A stretch of 64,000 nucleotides of DNA, from the NCBI GenBank assembly GCA_048886685.1, contig JBHLKM010000004.1, forward strand, positions 124,342 to 188,341, in the 5' to 3' direction. Below are positions 20,353 through 29,198 of the stretch, in pieces; within the stretch, counting starts at the first letter, position 1; every line of letters begins with the position of its first letter. Source of the DNA: Candidatus Hodarchaeota archaeon (GTDB lineage Archaea; Asgardarchaeota; Lokiarchaeia; Sigyniarchaeales; SOKP01). A program made the translations under genes and the position numbers. The notes under the pieces were generated by a model. It saw nothing but the letters and a program-made list of their open reading frames with translations. It searched no databases and was not told where the DNA came from.

Positions 20353-20640
20353 GTTATTAATAAATAACTGAGTAAAATTACTCGGTTTACTTATTTATAC
20401 TTAATATTGTTATTAATAAATAACTGAGTAAAAATACCCAGTTTACTTAATTATAGTTATATAAAGTTATTAATAAATAACTGAGTAAAATTACCCAGTT
20501 TACTTATTTATACTTAATATAGTTATTAATAAATAACTGAGTAAAATTACCCAGTTTACTTATTTATACTTAATATTGTTATTAATAAATAACTGAGTAA
20601 AATTACCCAGTTTACTTATTTATACTTAATATTGTTATTA
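20353..20640. repeat. Tandem array of five 56-57 bp units, each with a palindromic core
   Basis: Units start at 20353, 20409, 20466, 20522 and 20578, with a partial unit at 20634. Consensus: GTTATTAATAAATAACTGAGTAAAATTACCCAGTTTACTTATTTATACTTAATATT. Confidence 0.97.
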
Positions 20641-20727
20641 TAAATTAAATACGTTAAATAACATTATTTACTTAATTTTAAGTTATTTTGTTTAAGTTTA
20701 GTTTAAATCATCAATAAAAACTAAAAT

Positions 20728-22923
20728 CTAAGCAATTAAGGGGACACTTTTATCTATGAAGATTTTGGTTATCATAAGCTCAAGAGAAGGAATATCTTTT
20801 ACTTGAATTTCCTTATTTAACCGGTAAAAATCCCTAAAAGTCTGCCAGGCATCTTTATCTTTCTGTAATTCGTCAATGAAATATCTAATCCTCTGTTGTG
20901 CCGAATATGATTGCCCCTTGTATACATAACACATCAGAAAGGGTGAAACAGAGTTCATTAGGAGAGTATGTTCACCAAAAGTAGCTCGATCAAGCCCCTC
21001 AGAGAATTTTTCATTTATAAATGAATTAATTGCTGTAAAGAAACTCCCAAGTAGATCATTCTCCAAAGACCATTGTTCAGTAAATGATTGAGAGAATATT
21101 GGTATTCCCCCTTCTGAGACAACTAAAAGTAGAACAGGATCTTCATCTGAAAGTTGAGGAGCTTCCACTACTCGCCTTCTGATCATATTCTCCAATTGTT
21201 CATTTAATCGAGCAAATTCTATACGATCTTTTATTGATGAACTTGATTCTTTTAAACTCTCCCATACATTTAATTGTTTTAGAAGATCATCATGTTCATT
21301 TGAAATTTTTATAGCTAGCAATTTAAGACCGAATTTTTCGGCGATTTGCTGAGCTTGAGTTAAAAATCGCTGAGCCTCCTTCATATCAAAGGTTAATAGA
21401 GATAATTTAGCTTTTAACAAGTAAGTTTCGCATTGAACCGAGAAAGAACCCGTATTTTCGGCAATATTTAATAATTGAGCAATAAGAGGTTTGATTTCCT
21501 CCAGTACCTCTAAGTCGTTAGTCATTCGTAACTCGGTTAAGAGCAATTCACATAAGTTAGTTAGTGTTTTTATTGTTAGCTCGTAATCTTCATCCTTATC
21601 TTCAAGAATTTGCTTCAATACTTTCTCGGATTCAGCTCTATTCTGAGCTCGAGTGCTCGTTTTCAGCAATAAAGCTTTATTTAAGAGATACCTCAAATTA
21701 TAATCTTTTTCTTTAAGCTGATTGTTTAGTTGTTCATAACGGTGAAGAAATTGTTGCGATCGTTCAAGGTCTCCCTTTTCAATTAATGTTTGAATTAAAT
21801 AATCGTAAATACTAGCCAGACGTCTTAAATTTCCCGAATCTTCATATAGCGCCAAGCATTGTTCTATACACTCTAAAGCACGATCTAATTCTCCTCTCTG
21901 TCTATAGGCTTCCCCCATATTATTAAGAACACCAGCAATCCACCTTTTAATGTTAAGGTCACTGAAAATTGTCAACGCTTGCTCATAAAGCTTAATACCA
22001 CGATCCAAATCACCTTTAAATATATATACTGCTGCCATACTATAAAAAGAAAATCCGATAAGCCATTTAATGCCACTTTCCTCGGCGATAATCATTCCTC
22101 GTTCCAGGGTTTTTAAAGCACGATCTAATTCTCCTCTCCTTATATAGGCTAAGCCCCTATTGTTAAGATGAATTCCGATCATAAATTCATTGTTAATACT
22201 ATTGAAAACTGCTAAACCCCGATCCGAAAACATTAAACCAAGCTCCAAATCACCTTTACCATAATACTTAACAGACATACTACTCAAAGAATATCCGATA
22301 ACCCATTTATTACCACTTTCCTCGGCAAGTGGCCTAGCTTGCTTGGAAAATTTTAAAGCTTGATCATAATCGGATTTCAAAAAAGTATATACCCAAGAAA
22401 TTGCTATAAGGGTAATAGTCATATCCTTTTTAGCGTTAAGTTCTTCTCGTAACGCTAAACTATACCCAAGATGCTTTAATGCTTGATCAGCTTCATCTAT
22501 TAATATGTAATACCAACCCTTAAGATAAGCTAAATAAGCCTTTCTTTTCTTATAATCTTCTGATATCTCTTGCGGTGAAACCTTTAGCAGTCCTTCTACT
22601 TGTTTAATAATATTGTTAAGTTTATCCGATTGTTTATGCCATACTAAAGCATCGGCCATTCTAAGTAAGATATCGACTGACAGGAGGTTTTTTTCTAATC
22701 CTAAACTCTCTTTATATGTTTGTTCAGCAAGTGTAATAACATCTTTATGTAAACCTCTCCAAAATAAAAGATCACATTTGAGGAGATGAGATAAAACAAT
22801 ACTATGAAGAGAGTGTCCTCCCTTTTCCTCGAAGTTTTTAAGTAATTGATTCGCTTCATCTAATTTACATTCTTCAAGGAGTTGTTTTATAAGAATTAAT
22901 TCCTTAGGTTCTAAATAAGACAT
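20728..22923 (-). CDS. Tetratricopeptide-repeat protein with C-terminal longin-like domain
   Basis: About 40-aa TPR/MalT-like repeats (LNNMGEAYRQRGELDRAL); C-terminus LLVVSEGGIPIFSQSF...LLGSFFTAINSF. Confidence 0.9.
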   Translation of the reverse strand: MSYLEPKELILIKQLLEECKLDEANQLLKNFEEKGGHSLHSIVLSHLLKCDLLFWRGLHKDVITLAEQTYKESLGLEKNLLSVDILLRMADALVWHKQSDKLNNIIKQVEGLLKVSPQEISEDYKKRKAYLAYLKGWYYILIDEADQALKHLGYSLALREELNAKKDMTITLIAISWVYTFLKSDYDQALKFSKQARPLAEESGNKWVIGYSLSSMSVKYYGKGDLELGLMFSDRGLAVFNSINNEFMIGIHLNNRGLAYIRRGELDRALKTLERGMIIAEESGIKWLIGFSFYSMAAVYIFKGDLDRGIKLYEQALTIFSDLNIKRWIAGVLNNMGEAYRQRGELDRALECIEQCLALYEDSGNLRRLASIYDYLIQTLIEKGDLERSQQFLHRYEQLNNQLKEKDYNLRYLLNKALLLKTSTRAQNRAESEKVLKQILEDKDEDYELTIKTLTNLCELLLTELRMTNDLEVLEEIKPLIAQLLNIAENTGSFSVQCETYLLKAKLSLLTFDMKEAQRFLTQAQQIAEKFGLKLLAIKISNEHDDLLKQLNVWESLKESSSSIKDRIEFARLNEQLENMIRRRVVEAPQLSDEDPVLLLVVSEGGIPIFSQSFTEQWSLENDLLGSFFTAINSFINEKFSEGLDRATFGEHTLLMNSVSPFLMCYVYKGQSYSAQQRIRYFIDELQKDKDAWQTFRDFYRLNKEIQVKDIPSLELMITKIFIDKSVPLIA

Positions 22924-23139
22924 ATTTTTTCCTAGAAATTATTGAATCAGATAGCTTGGTATTATCACTTTTTAATTACAAGTTACATATTAAGAATATT
23001 ACACTTTAAAATATAGGTACATGTGTAGAAATACAAATTCTACTTAAATATAGGATACCATCACCTTTAGTTTAAGTATTCATCTAAAAAAGTAACTAAA
23101 AAAATTAAAATTACGTATTTATATATTAATAACTTTATA

Positions 23140-23185
23140 AAGTATAATTAAGTAAAGTGGGTAATTTTACACACTTATTAATAAA
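23140..23185. repeat. Single diverged copy of the 56-bp repeat, inverted relative to the array
   Basis: TAATTAAGTAAAGTGGGTAATTTTACACACTTATTAATA aligns with the reverse complement of the array unit. Confidence 0.8.
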
Positions 23186-23239
23186 TAATAATAACAATAA
23201 AAAAAAAAATATATTTTTTAACAAATACTTATTTTAAAT

Positions 23240-23473
23240 TTACTCTCCGCGTCCAACGAACTTTTCAAATATAAATGCGACAATACATATAATACCTGAA
23301 ATGAGAATCCCAATAGGTGCGAAACCAATAGTAGTTTCACCCATCGCAATATTTTCTGAATCAAATACAATATATAAGATTGGAAATATAATCAGTGCAA
23401 TTCCTACTAGTGCATAGACTAACCAATCCCATTTAAAATCCATACCTTTCATATTATGGATTCCATAAAACAA
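23240..23473 (-). CDS. Small two-TM membrane protein (true start may be ATG 23443)
   Basis: Two hydrophobic helices; AAAGGT precedes the ATG at 23443. Confidence 0.65.
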   Translation of the reverse strand: MFYGIHNMKGMDFKWDWLVYALVGIALIIFPILYIVFDSENIAMGETTIGFAPIGILISGIICIVAFIFEKFVGRGE

Positions 23474-23658
23474 TAAAACACTATATAAAACTATCGCATT
23501 CTCTCAATTGTGTTACAATCCAACTTTCTTTTTTATCTATTAATTGCTTTTATTTCAATTGTATTACAAAAAATTATTTTTATAAAAATAACAAAGTAAA
23601 AACTTTTTCTTATTGTGTACACATTAAAAAAATATTTATTGATAAAGGTTATGTAAAA

Positions 23659-23696
23659 TTAAATAAAGTGAGTAAAATTACTCAGTTATTAATAAT
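23659..23696. repeat. Second diverged, inverted copy of the palindromic repeat core
   Basis: TAAATAAAGTGAGTAAAATTACTCAGTTATTAATA, about 60 bp upstream of the 23759 start. Confidence 0.8.
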
Positions 23697-23758
23697 TAAT
23701 TTTGCTTAATTACTTTAAGAAATTTAAAATTTAAAACAAAAAAAAATTACTTCAAGCA

Positions 23759-25264
23759 ATGGAGGAATTATTCAAAACTTCAATTATCAAGGGATTAATT
23801 TTTTCATCTTACGGAGATTTAGGTCCACAACCAATTTATGTATGGCCTAAATATTATACCGATAAAGAGATAGAAATTGTTAAAGAAGAGAGGGAAAAAC
23901 AAAACCTTCTCACTCTAACAACTAGAGATGTTACACAAATCTCAATTAAAAACCTTAGTTTGTTTATTAGTGATAGAGCATTTACTCCAGATATAGATAT
24001 TCAAGGTTTAATGTATTTTGCCATCTTACCTTATCCTGATTTCAATGCAACATCTTTAACATATTTTCATTATATCAACACTGGTCCTTCTAACTCCCAG
24101 ATTCCTACAGCTTTTTCAATCTTAGTTGATGAAATTAGTAGAAGTTTTTTATATAATAATATAAACAGAATTAAACCTATTGTTATTGAATTTTTTAAAA
24201 CTTTTGATAATAAATTAACTGATGGGTTTCCACCTCAATTGGAGATAGAATCTGCATTTCATGATTTATTCAAAAAAATTATAGAGATCGAAAGAAATCC
24301 ATCAACTCCAATTACTACTCATCGAAAGATGAAGATTTTATTTGCTGGGCTTGACGATAGTGGTAAAACAAGTTTTTTACTTTCTGTAGATCGAAAATAT
24401 AGTAAGTTGATTGGATTAAAACCTACTACTGGTGCTAGTATTAAATCAATAGAAGCTTTAGGAGCAACAATCTTTTTATGGGATTTAGGTGGACAACTAG
24501 AATTTAGAAAAAAATACATTAGTAAAGCAGAAATATATTTATATGAAGCAGATTTATTATTTTATTTTATTGATATCAGGAATAAAATTAGATTTGAAGA
24601 AAGTATTGAATATCTTCTTGATTTAAAAAGAGTCTTAAAACAATTTAATCAAAATACTCCGATTATCTATATTCTATCAAAAGGGGATTCTGATATTATA
24701 AAAACTGGGGAAATTATAGAAAATATTGAAACTATTAGAAATAGTTTAACTGAAATTTCACCAGAAGAACCACCTGAAATATATGTGACTAGTATTTTTC
24801 AGATATTTACAATATTAAGAGCCTTCTCTTCAGGAATCTCAAAATTAAGTCCTAACAGAAATCTTATCAATCATAATCTTAGGAATTTCTCTTTAAAAAC
24901 TAACGCTTATTTAACTCTATTGTTAAGTGTAGATGGGTTGGTTTTAGCAGATTTCTATTCCCCAAAAGCGAAAAAATTGACAAGGTTACCTGAATCCGAG
25001 GAATTAGTTAATGTTTTTGAGATAACTGCCCCACAATTTGCTATGTTATTCAAAATTTTCTCTAGATTCAAGGCACTACAGGAAGAAGAAGCAATCTTTA
25101 AAGTAGCAGATTCAGTGATACTTTTCAGAAGGGTTCAAGCAGCAGAAAACGATATGTTCATGTTATTTCTGATTGATAACGAAAAAAGAAAAGAAAAAAT
25201 AAATGCTAAGCTAGTTGATTTCCTTGGTCAAACAAAAGATCTTTTATTAAGATATATTGCTTAA
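23759..25264 (+). CDS. uDENN/longin-like + Arf/Rag-like GTPase + roadblock fusion (paralogue of 8802..10268)
   Basis: SYGDLGPQPIYVWP; ILPYPD; GLDDSGKTS, WDLGGQ, atypical G4 SKGD; shared linker LSPNR; LLLSVDGLVLADF. Confidence 0.85.
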   Translation: MEELFKTSIIKGLIFSSYGDLGPQPIYVWPKYYTDKEIEIVKEEREKQNLLTLTTRDVTQISIKNLSLFISDRAFTPDIDIQGLMYFAILPYPDFNATSLTYFHYINTGPSNSQIPTAFSILVDEISRSFLYNNINRIKPIVIEFFKTFDNKLTDGFPPQLEIESAFHDLFKKIIEIERNPSTPITTHRKMKILFAGLDDSGKTSFLLSVDRKYSKLIGLKPTTGASIKSIEALGATIFLWDLGGQLEFRKKYISKAEIYLYEADLLFYFIDIRNKIRFEESIEYLLDLKRVLKQFNQNTPIIYILSKGDSDIIKTGEIIENIETIRNSLTEISPEEPPEIYVTSIFQIFTILRAFSSGISKLSPNRNLINHNLRNFSLKTNAYLTLLLSVDGLVLADFYSPKAKKLTRLPESEELVNVFEITAPQFAMLFKIFSRFKALQEEEAIFKVADSVILFRRVQAAENDMFMLFLIDNEKRKEKINAKLVDFLGQTKDLLLRYIA

Positions 25265-25282
25265 ATAATAAGAGTTAATGAA

Positions 25283-26185
25283 TTAAAATATTACATTTAA
25301 TGGGGTTTTTTCAGATATTTTTTCCCTTAATATTCTCTTTCTATAATAGGAGTTAACGCCAGAGATTAATGCAACTGCAGGTACGGCACATTTTGCGAAT
25401 TTTACAGGGCCAAATAATATGAAATCGCTTGGGGCACATGCACAATAGGTCATAATAGAGGCTATTGCTCCACATCTAGGGATATCCCCATATTTCTTAA
25501 CAAAATCCCATCCATAAATTGCATTTGAAGGAGCAAATCCCGTAGGTAAACCTAATTCACTTTTTACCATATGATTCGTTTCAAAATTTATTGAAATTGA
25601 AGGTAAATCTAATACAGCACTATCAATAATTATATTTTTAATATTTGCTTTATTAGCTTTGGGAATTAATATTTCTTTTAACAATTTTAGTTTTTGATGA
25701 GGAAAAACATATTTACTTCCAAATGTTAGCAATACTGCATTTTTAACTCCAATTTCCTTTAATTTTTCAAGATTTTCTTCGTTAGTAGCGTCATCGATAC
25801 TATTTAAGATAGCTCTATCAATTAAACCAATTTCCTTCAACCCTTCCATAGCGGGAATACGGGATGAATCATTTAACCCATCAACTAGAAAAGGATAATT
25901 TATTAAATCTGCCACAAATTCGCACTCTTTTAATAATGCATCGGGATATGCTCCAACGACATCCACTATTCCTTGCATTTTAGTTTCTTCTATAATCTCA
26001 GTAAATTCATTTAATTCTCTTTCCACAAGGAGTTTATCTATCTCACCAGTTTTTTCATTTAATAAAGCTGCATGTTTCGAGTAGAAAACAGTGCCAACCA
26101 TCACAATTGGATTTTCTCCTGGTTGTCCTCCTATCCTAATCTCACCAATTTGAGCTACTTTTTGCTCAGATTCAAAATTTAGCAT
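25283..26185 (-). CDS. mtrH: MtrH/MtgA-family pterin methyltransferase
   Basis: IGGQPGENP-VMVGTVFY, AILNSI, IIDSAV, LGLPTG. No other mtr genes are adjacent. Confidence 0.8.
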   Translation of the reverse strand: MLNFESEQKVAQIGEIRIGGQPGENPIVMVGTVFYSKHAALLNEKTGEIDKLLVERELNEFTEIIEETKMQGIVDVVGAYPDALLKECEFVADLINYPFLVDGLNDSSRIPAMEGLKEIGLIDRAILNSIDDATNEENLEKLKEIGVKNAVLLTFGSKYVFPHQKLKLLKEILIPKANKANIKNIIIDSAVLDLPSISINFETNHMVKSELGLPTGFAPSNAIYGWDFVKKYGDIPRCGAIASIMTYCACAPSDFILFGPVKFAKCAVPAVALISGVNSYYRKRILREKISEKTPLNVIF

Positions 26186-26253
26186 AATTCATCACAGGAT
26201 TTCTTCCATATTTATTTGATTAATAATAACTCAATTACTCTATTAAAGTTGAT

Positions 26254-27126
26254 TTAAGTTTTCTCTTTTGCAAATGGCTTGTTCTGCATAAGTAATTCAA
26301 TGAAATTAGATATTTCATTATCAGGAATAAGCAAGAAGTTCCCTTCTACTGTGTATCCATATTCTTCAGACCATTTAACAATATCTTTTAAATATGTTTT
26401 CTTTTCCATTCTTAGAACTTTTCTTATTAGATTTAAATCAACTTTACCTGTTTCTTTTACAAGTTCCTTAACTTTTTTCTTTCTATTCTGTTTAACTGGT
26501 TCACTTACAAGTGTTCCTACATATATTATTGAAATAATAAATTCTGGAATCCACTTATGCATTAATAGTACGATTATAGCCGCTATAAAAGAGCTTGCCG
26601 CACTTATTGAGAAATGAATGTCTTCCCATGCATAGCCAATATTATATAACTCAATTTGGATAAGCATTCTAATAATGTTGACAACATAAAAGATTATTGA
26701 TGATATAATGAGCGCTTTGGTTTTTCGCCATATAACATCTCTTTTTGTGTCTGAATCTTGACTGTGGGGTGTAAAAATGATGACACCAGCAAATACGCAT
26801 ATTGCCTGAATCCCAGTACAGAATGTCTCGAAGGAAATATTTGATTTCCCCGGAATTACAAAATCCCAGTGATATTTTCCTACGGGATTATAGACCGCGC
26901 TCGCATTCATATCAAAAAATAAATTTAGAAAATAAACTGTTTGTTTTACCACAATCTCATGAAGATAGTAGTTTATCTCTAAATCAAAGAACAGATAAAT
27001 GAGGTAGGCAGATAAGGGGGCTCCAATAGCAAATATAACCAAAAATCTAATAGAAAAAATATATTTTCGTTCATTATATTCAATTATTGGCTTTTTGATT
27101 TTTTTTATTCCTTCAATCTTTAACAT
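26254..27126 (-). CDS. Archaeosortase/exosortase-family membrane transpeptidase with a soluble C-terminal winged-helix-like extension
   Basis: Multi-TM protein with a Cys-Arg-His triad in FETFCTGIQA / VNIIRM / EDIH. GAGGAG precedes ATG 27126 (ORF track starts at 27147). Confidence 0.8.
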   Translation of the reverse strand: MLKIEGIKKIKKPIIEYNERKYIFSIRFLVIFAIGAPLSAYLIYLFFDLEINYYLHEIVVKQTVYFLNLFFDMNASAVYNPVGKYHWDFVIPGKSNISFETFCTGIQAICVFAGVIIFTPHSQDSDTKRDVIWRKTKALIISSIIFYVVNIIRMLIQIELYNIGYAWEDIHFSISAASSFIAAIIVLLMHKWIPEFIISIIYVGTLVSEPVKQNRKKKVKELVKETGKVDLNLIRKVLRMEKKTYLKDIVKWSEEYGYTVEGNFLLIPDNEISNFIELLMQNKPFAKEKT

Positions 27127-27352
27127 TGAGTTTCTCCTCTTTATCATTAAGCTGAGTAATTATATAATGAAATCTATCTACTATGATGTAATTTAAAATA
27201 ATTAACAAGGGAATCATTACAAATCCGAAGATATAACTATTCCTTGTTTCTAATAGTGGAATAGTGAATCCAATAAGATATGCAAACAGTAAATTTATTG
27301 ACAATAATAGCCATATATATACTTTCTTTAAAGTTATTTGCTCCATGATCAT
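27113..27352 (-). CDS. Small two-TM protein overlapping the archaeosortase start
   Basis: 79-aa hydrophobic ORF whose stop overlaps the start of the next gene. Confidence 0.65.
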   Translation of the reverse strand: MIMEQITLKKVYIWLLLSINLLFAYLIGFTIPLLETRNSYIFGFVMIPLLIILNYIIVDRFHYIITQLNDKEEKLNVKD

Positions 27353-27661
27353 GATAACAACTATTTTAATATAAAAATGACAAATTAACCATCGATAAAA
27401 AACCTTTATTAGAAAGTGAAAATATTGCTTTCATTTATTTTTATCTCTTATATAACTTTGGTAAATTGCTTAAAAGAGCTAATATTTACTCATTCATAAT
27501 TTTTTTATATCTAAAATTTTTGTAGATACTTCAATTATGCCATAAACGGGATTTAAGTCTCATTTTGGGCAAATCTTAAGTAAAATATTATAGTTAAATA
27601 GAATGCAATCTTAATATGTTTATAAAAATCAAAGGTTATCATTAATCTTCGGAGTTCTTTA

Positions 27662-28261
27662 ATGGTTCTTGAAATCCAAACTAGAGAAGATATAAGTAGT
27701 CTGACATATACTATTCAAAACATCGTTGTTAAATCATTTTTAAAAGTTGCCGAAGATCTTGATTTAGTATTATTATCAGAAAAATTGAAAAACTCACAAT
27801 ATGATAAAGATCGCTTTCCTGGGCTTTTTACGAGGTTTAGTCATCCTAAAAGTGCCATTATAATTTTTAGAAATGGAAAGTTGATTCTAACGGGATTAAA
27901 AGCATTTTCTCATGTTGATCTAATAATTAATAGACTAATTTTAAAACTAAAAGAGATTTTTCCAATTGATATACAAATTGATTTAGTTGAAACTCAAATT
28001 GTCAATATAGTAGTAACCGCTGATTTTTCTAAGCCAATCAACTTAGATGCAGCGTCTATCAAACTAGAAAATGTTATTTATGAGCCAGAAGTTTTCCCTG
28101 GATTGACATATAATTCCTCTATTCCTGTGAAATCAGTATTTTTAATATTCAGTACAGGGAAAGTTGTACTTACGGGAATTAGAGATAAAAATATGATTGA
28201 ACCTGTATTAACTAACCTTGGACGATTGTTTAAAAAGGAGAAATTATTTAAAAGTAGATAA
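27662..28261 (+). CDS. tbp: TATA-box-binding protein (divergent paralogue)
   Basis: Two repeats: IQNIV / YDKDRFPGL / IFRNGKLILTG and IVNIV / YEPEVFPGL / IFSTGKVVLTG. Confidence 0.9.
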   Translation: MVLEIQTREDISSLTYTIQNIVVKSFLKVAEDLDLVLLSEKLKNSQYDKDRFPGLFTRFSHPKSAIIIFRNGKLILTGLKAFSHVDLIINRLILKLKEIFPIDIQIDLVETQIVNIVVTADFSKPINLDAASIKLENVIYEPEVFPGLTYNSSIPVKSVFLIFSTGKVVLTGIRDKNMIEPVLTNLGRLFKKEKLFKSR

Positions 28262-28368
28262 AATAGTTTTTCAACAAAGTCAATAATTATTAAAAATAAA
28301 ATTTTTAGTCAAAGAAATATAGTAATTTATGATAAATTAAAGTAAAAGATCTTTTTGGGAAAAATAAT

Positions 28369-29115
28369 ATGTCAGATAATAATCAAGAAAATCAAAACTC
28401 AGATAAGAAAGAAGATCCTGAAATAACAGAATCGGAAGCAAGTGGAATTAGTGATGAAGAGAAAGAAGTTAAAACTAAATTTACATTCAAATGTACCCGC
28501 TGCGATGCATGCTGCTTAGCTAGAGGTCCCGTTCCAATCACTTTTTGGGATTTAGAAATGTGGGCAAGAAATGGAGTAGTTGCAAACTTTATGCCCTATT
28601 TGGATATCTACCAAAAACCAGATGGTGGGATTGATTTAATATTAAAACCATTACCTCCACCTAAAGAAGGAGATGCAGAAAGTCCTCCTCAAGATCCATT
28701 TGAGACAGCACCAATTGAGGAACTGCTTGATGTTAAATGTCCTTTATATAATAAAGATGACAAAAAATGTCTTATTTATGATAATCGTCCATTAAGTTGC
28801 AGAACGTACCCTTTAGAATTTGATGGAAAAAATTTTATAGTGGTTGATGCTGATTGTCCTGGTATAGGTGAAGAAGGTATGACAAAAGAAGATCTTGCTG
28901 AGATGAGAGAAACAGCAAAAACAATGCATTATGAATTAACTCGTATGAGGATTGCTTTACCCGTTCTAAATCAAATTGTATCAAGTAATTTCATGAAGAT
29001 GCTAATGAAACAACAAATGGAAGCAATGAGTAAAATGTCAGATGACGATAAAGCCAAATTAGACGAAATTTTTAAGAAACAAGAACAGAGCCACGATCAT
29101 GATCATGAATCTTAA
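28369..29115 (+). CDS. YkgJ-family CxxCxxCC protein with acidic N-terminus and His-rich tail
   Basis: CTRCDACC; CPLY...CLIYDNRPLSCRTYP; CPGIG; tail HDHDHES. Confidence 0.85.
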   Translation: MSDNNQENQNSDKKEDPEITESEASGISDEEKEVKTKFTFKCTRCDACCLARGPVPITFWDLEMWARNGVVANFMPYLDIYQKPDGGIDLILKPLPPPKEGDAESPPQDPFETAPIEELLDVKCPLYNKDDKKCLIYDNRPLSCRTYPLEFDGKNFIVVDADCPGIGEEGMTKEDLAEMRETAKTMHYELTRMRIALPVLNQIVSSNFMKMLMKQQMEAMSKMSDDDKAKLDEIFKKQEQSHDHDHES

Positions 29116-29198
29116 ATTTTTTATTTCTTTCTATAAATTTTTTTAAAAATCTTATCTACTTATATCATATTTGAAAATAATAGCAAAAGTGTAATTGT

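Noticed and set aside
20353-20640. CRISPR array
   Set aside because: The units are nearly identical along their whole length, so there are no unique spacers, and there are no cas genes in the window.
27538-27571. Imperfect hairpin upstream of tbp as a possible ncRNA or SECIS
   Set aside because: It has several mismatches and no AUGA/GA quartet, and no Sec-type in-frame TGA gene was seen nearby.
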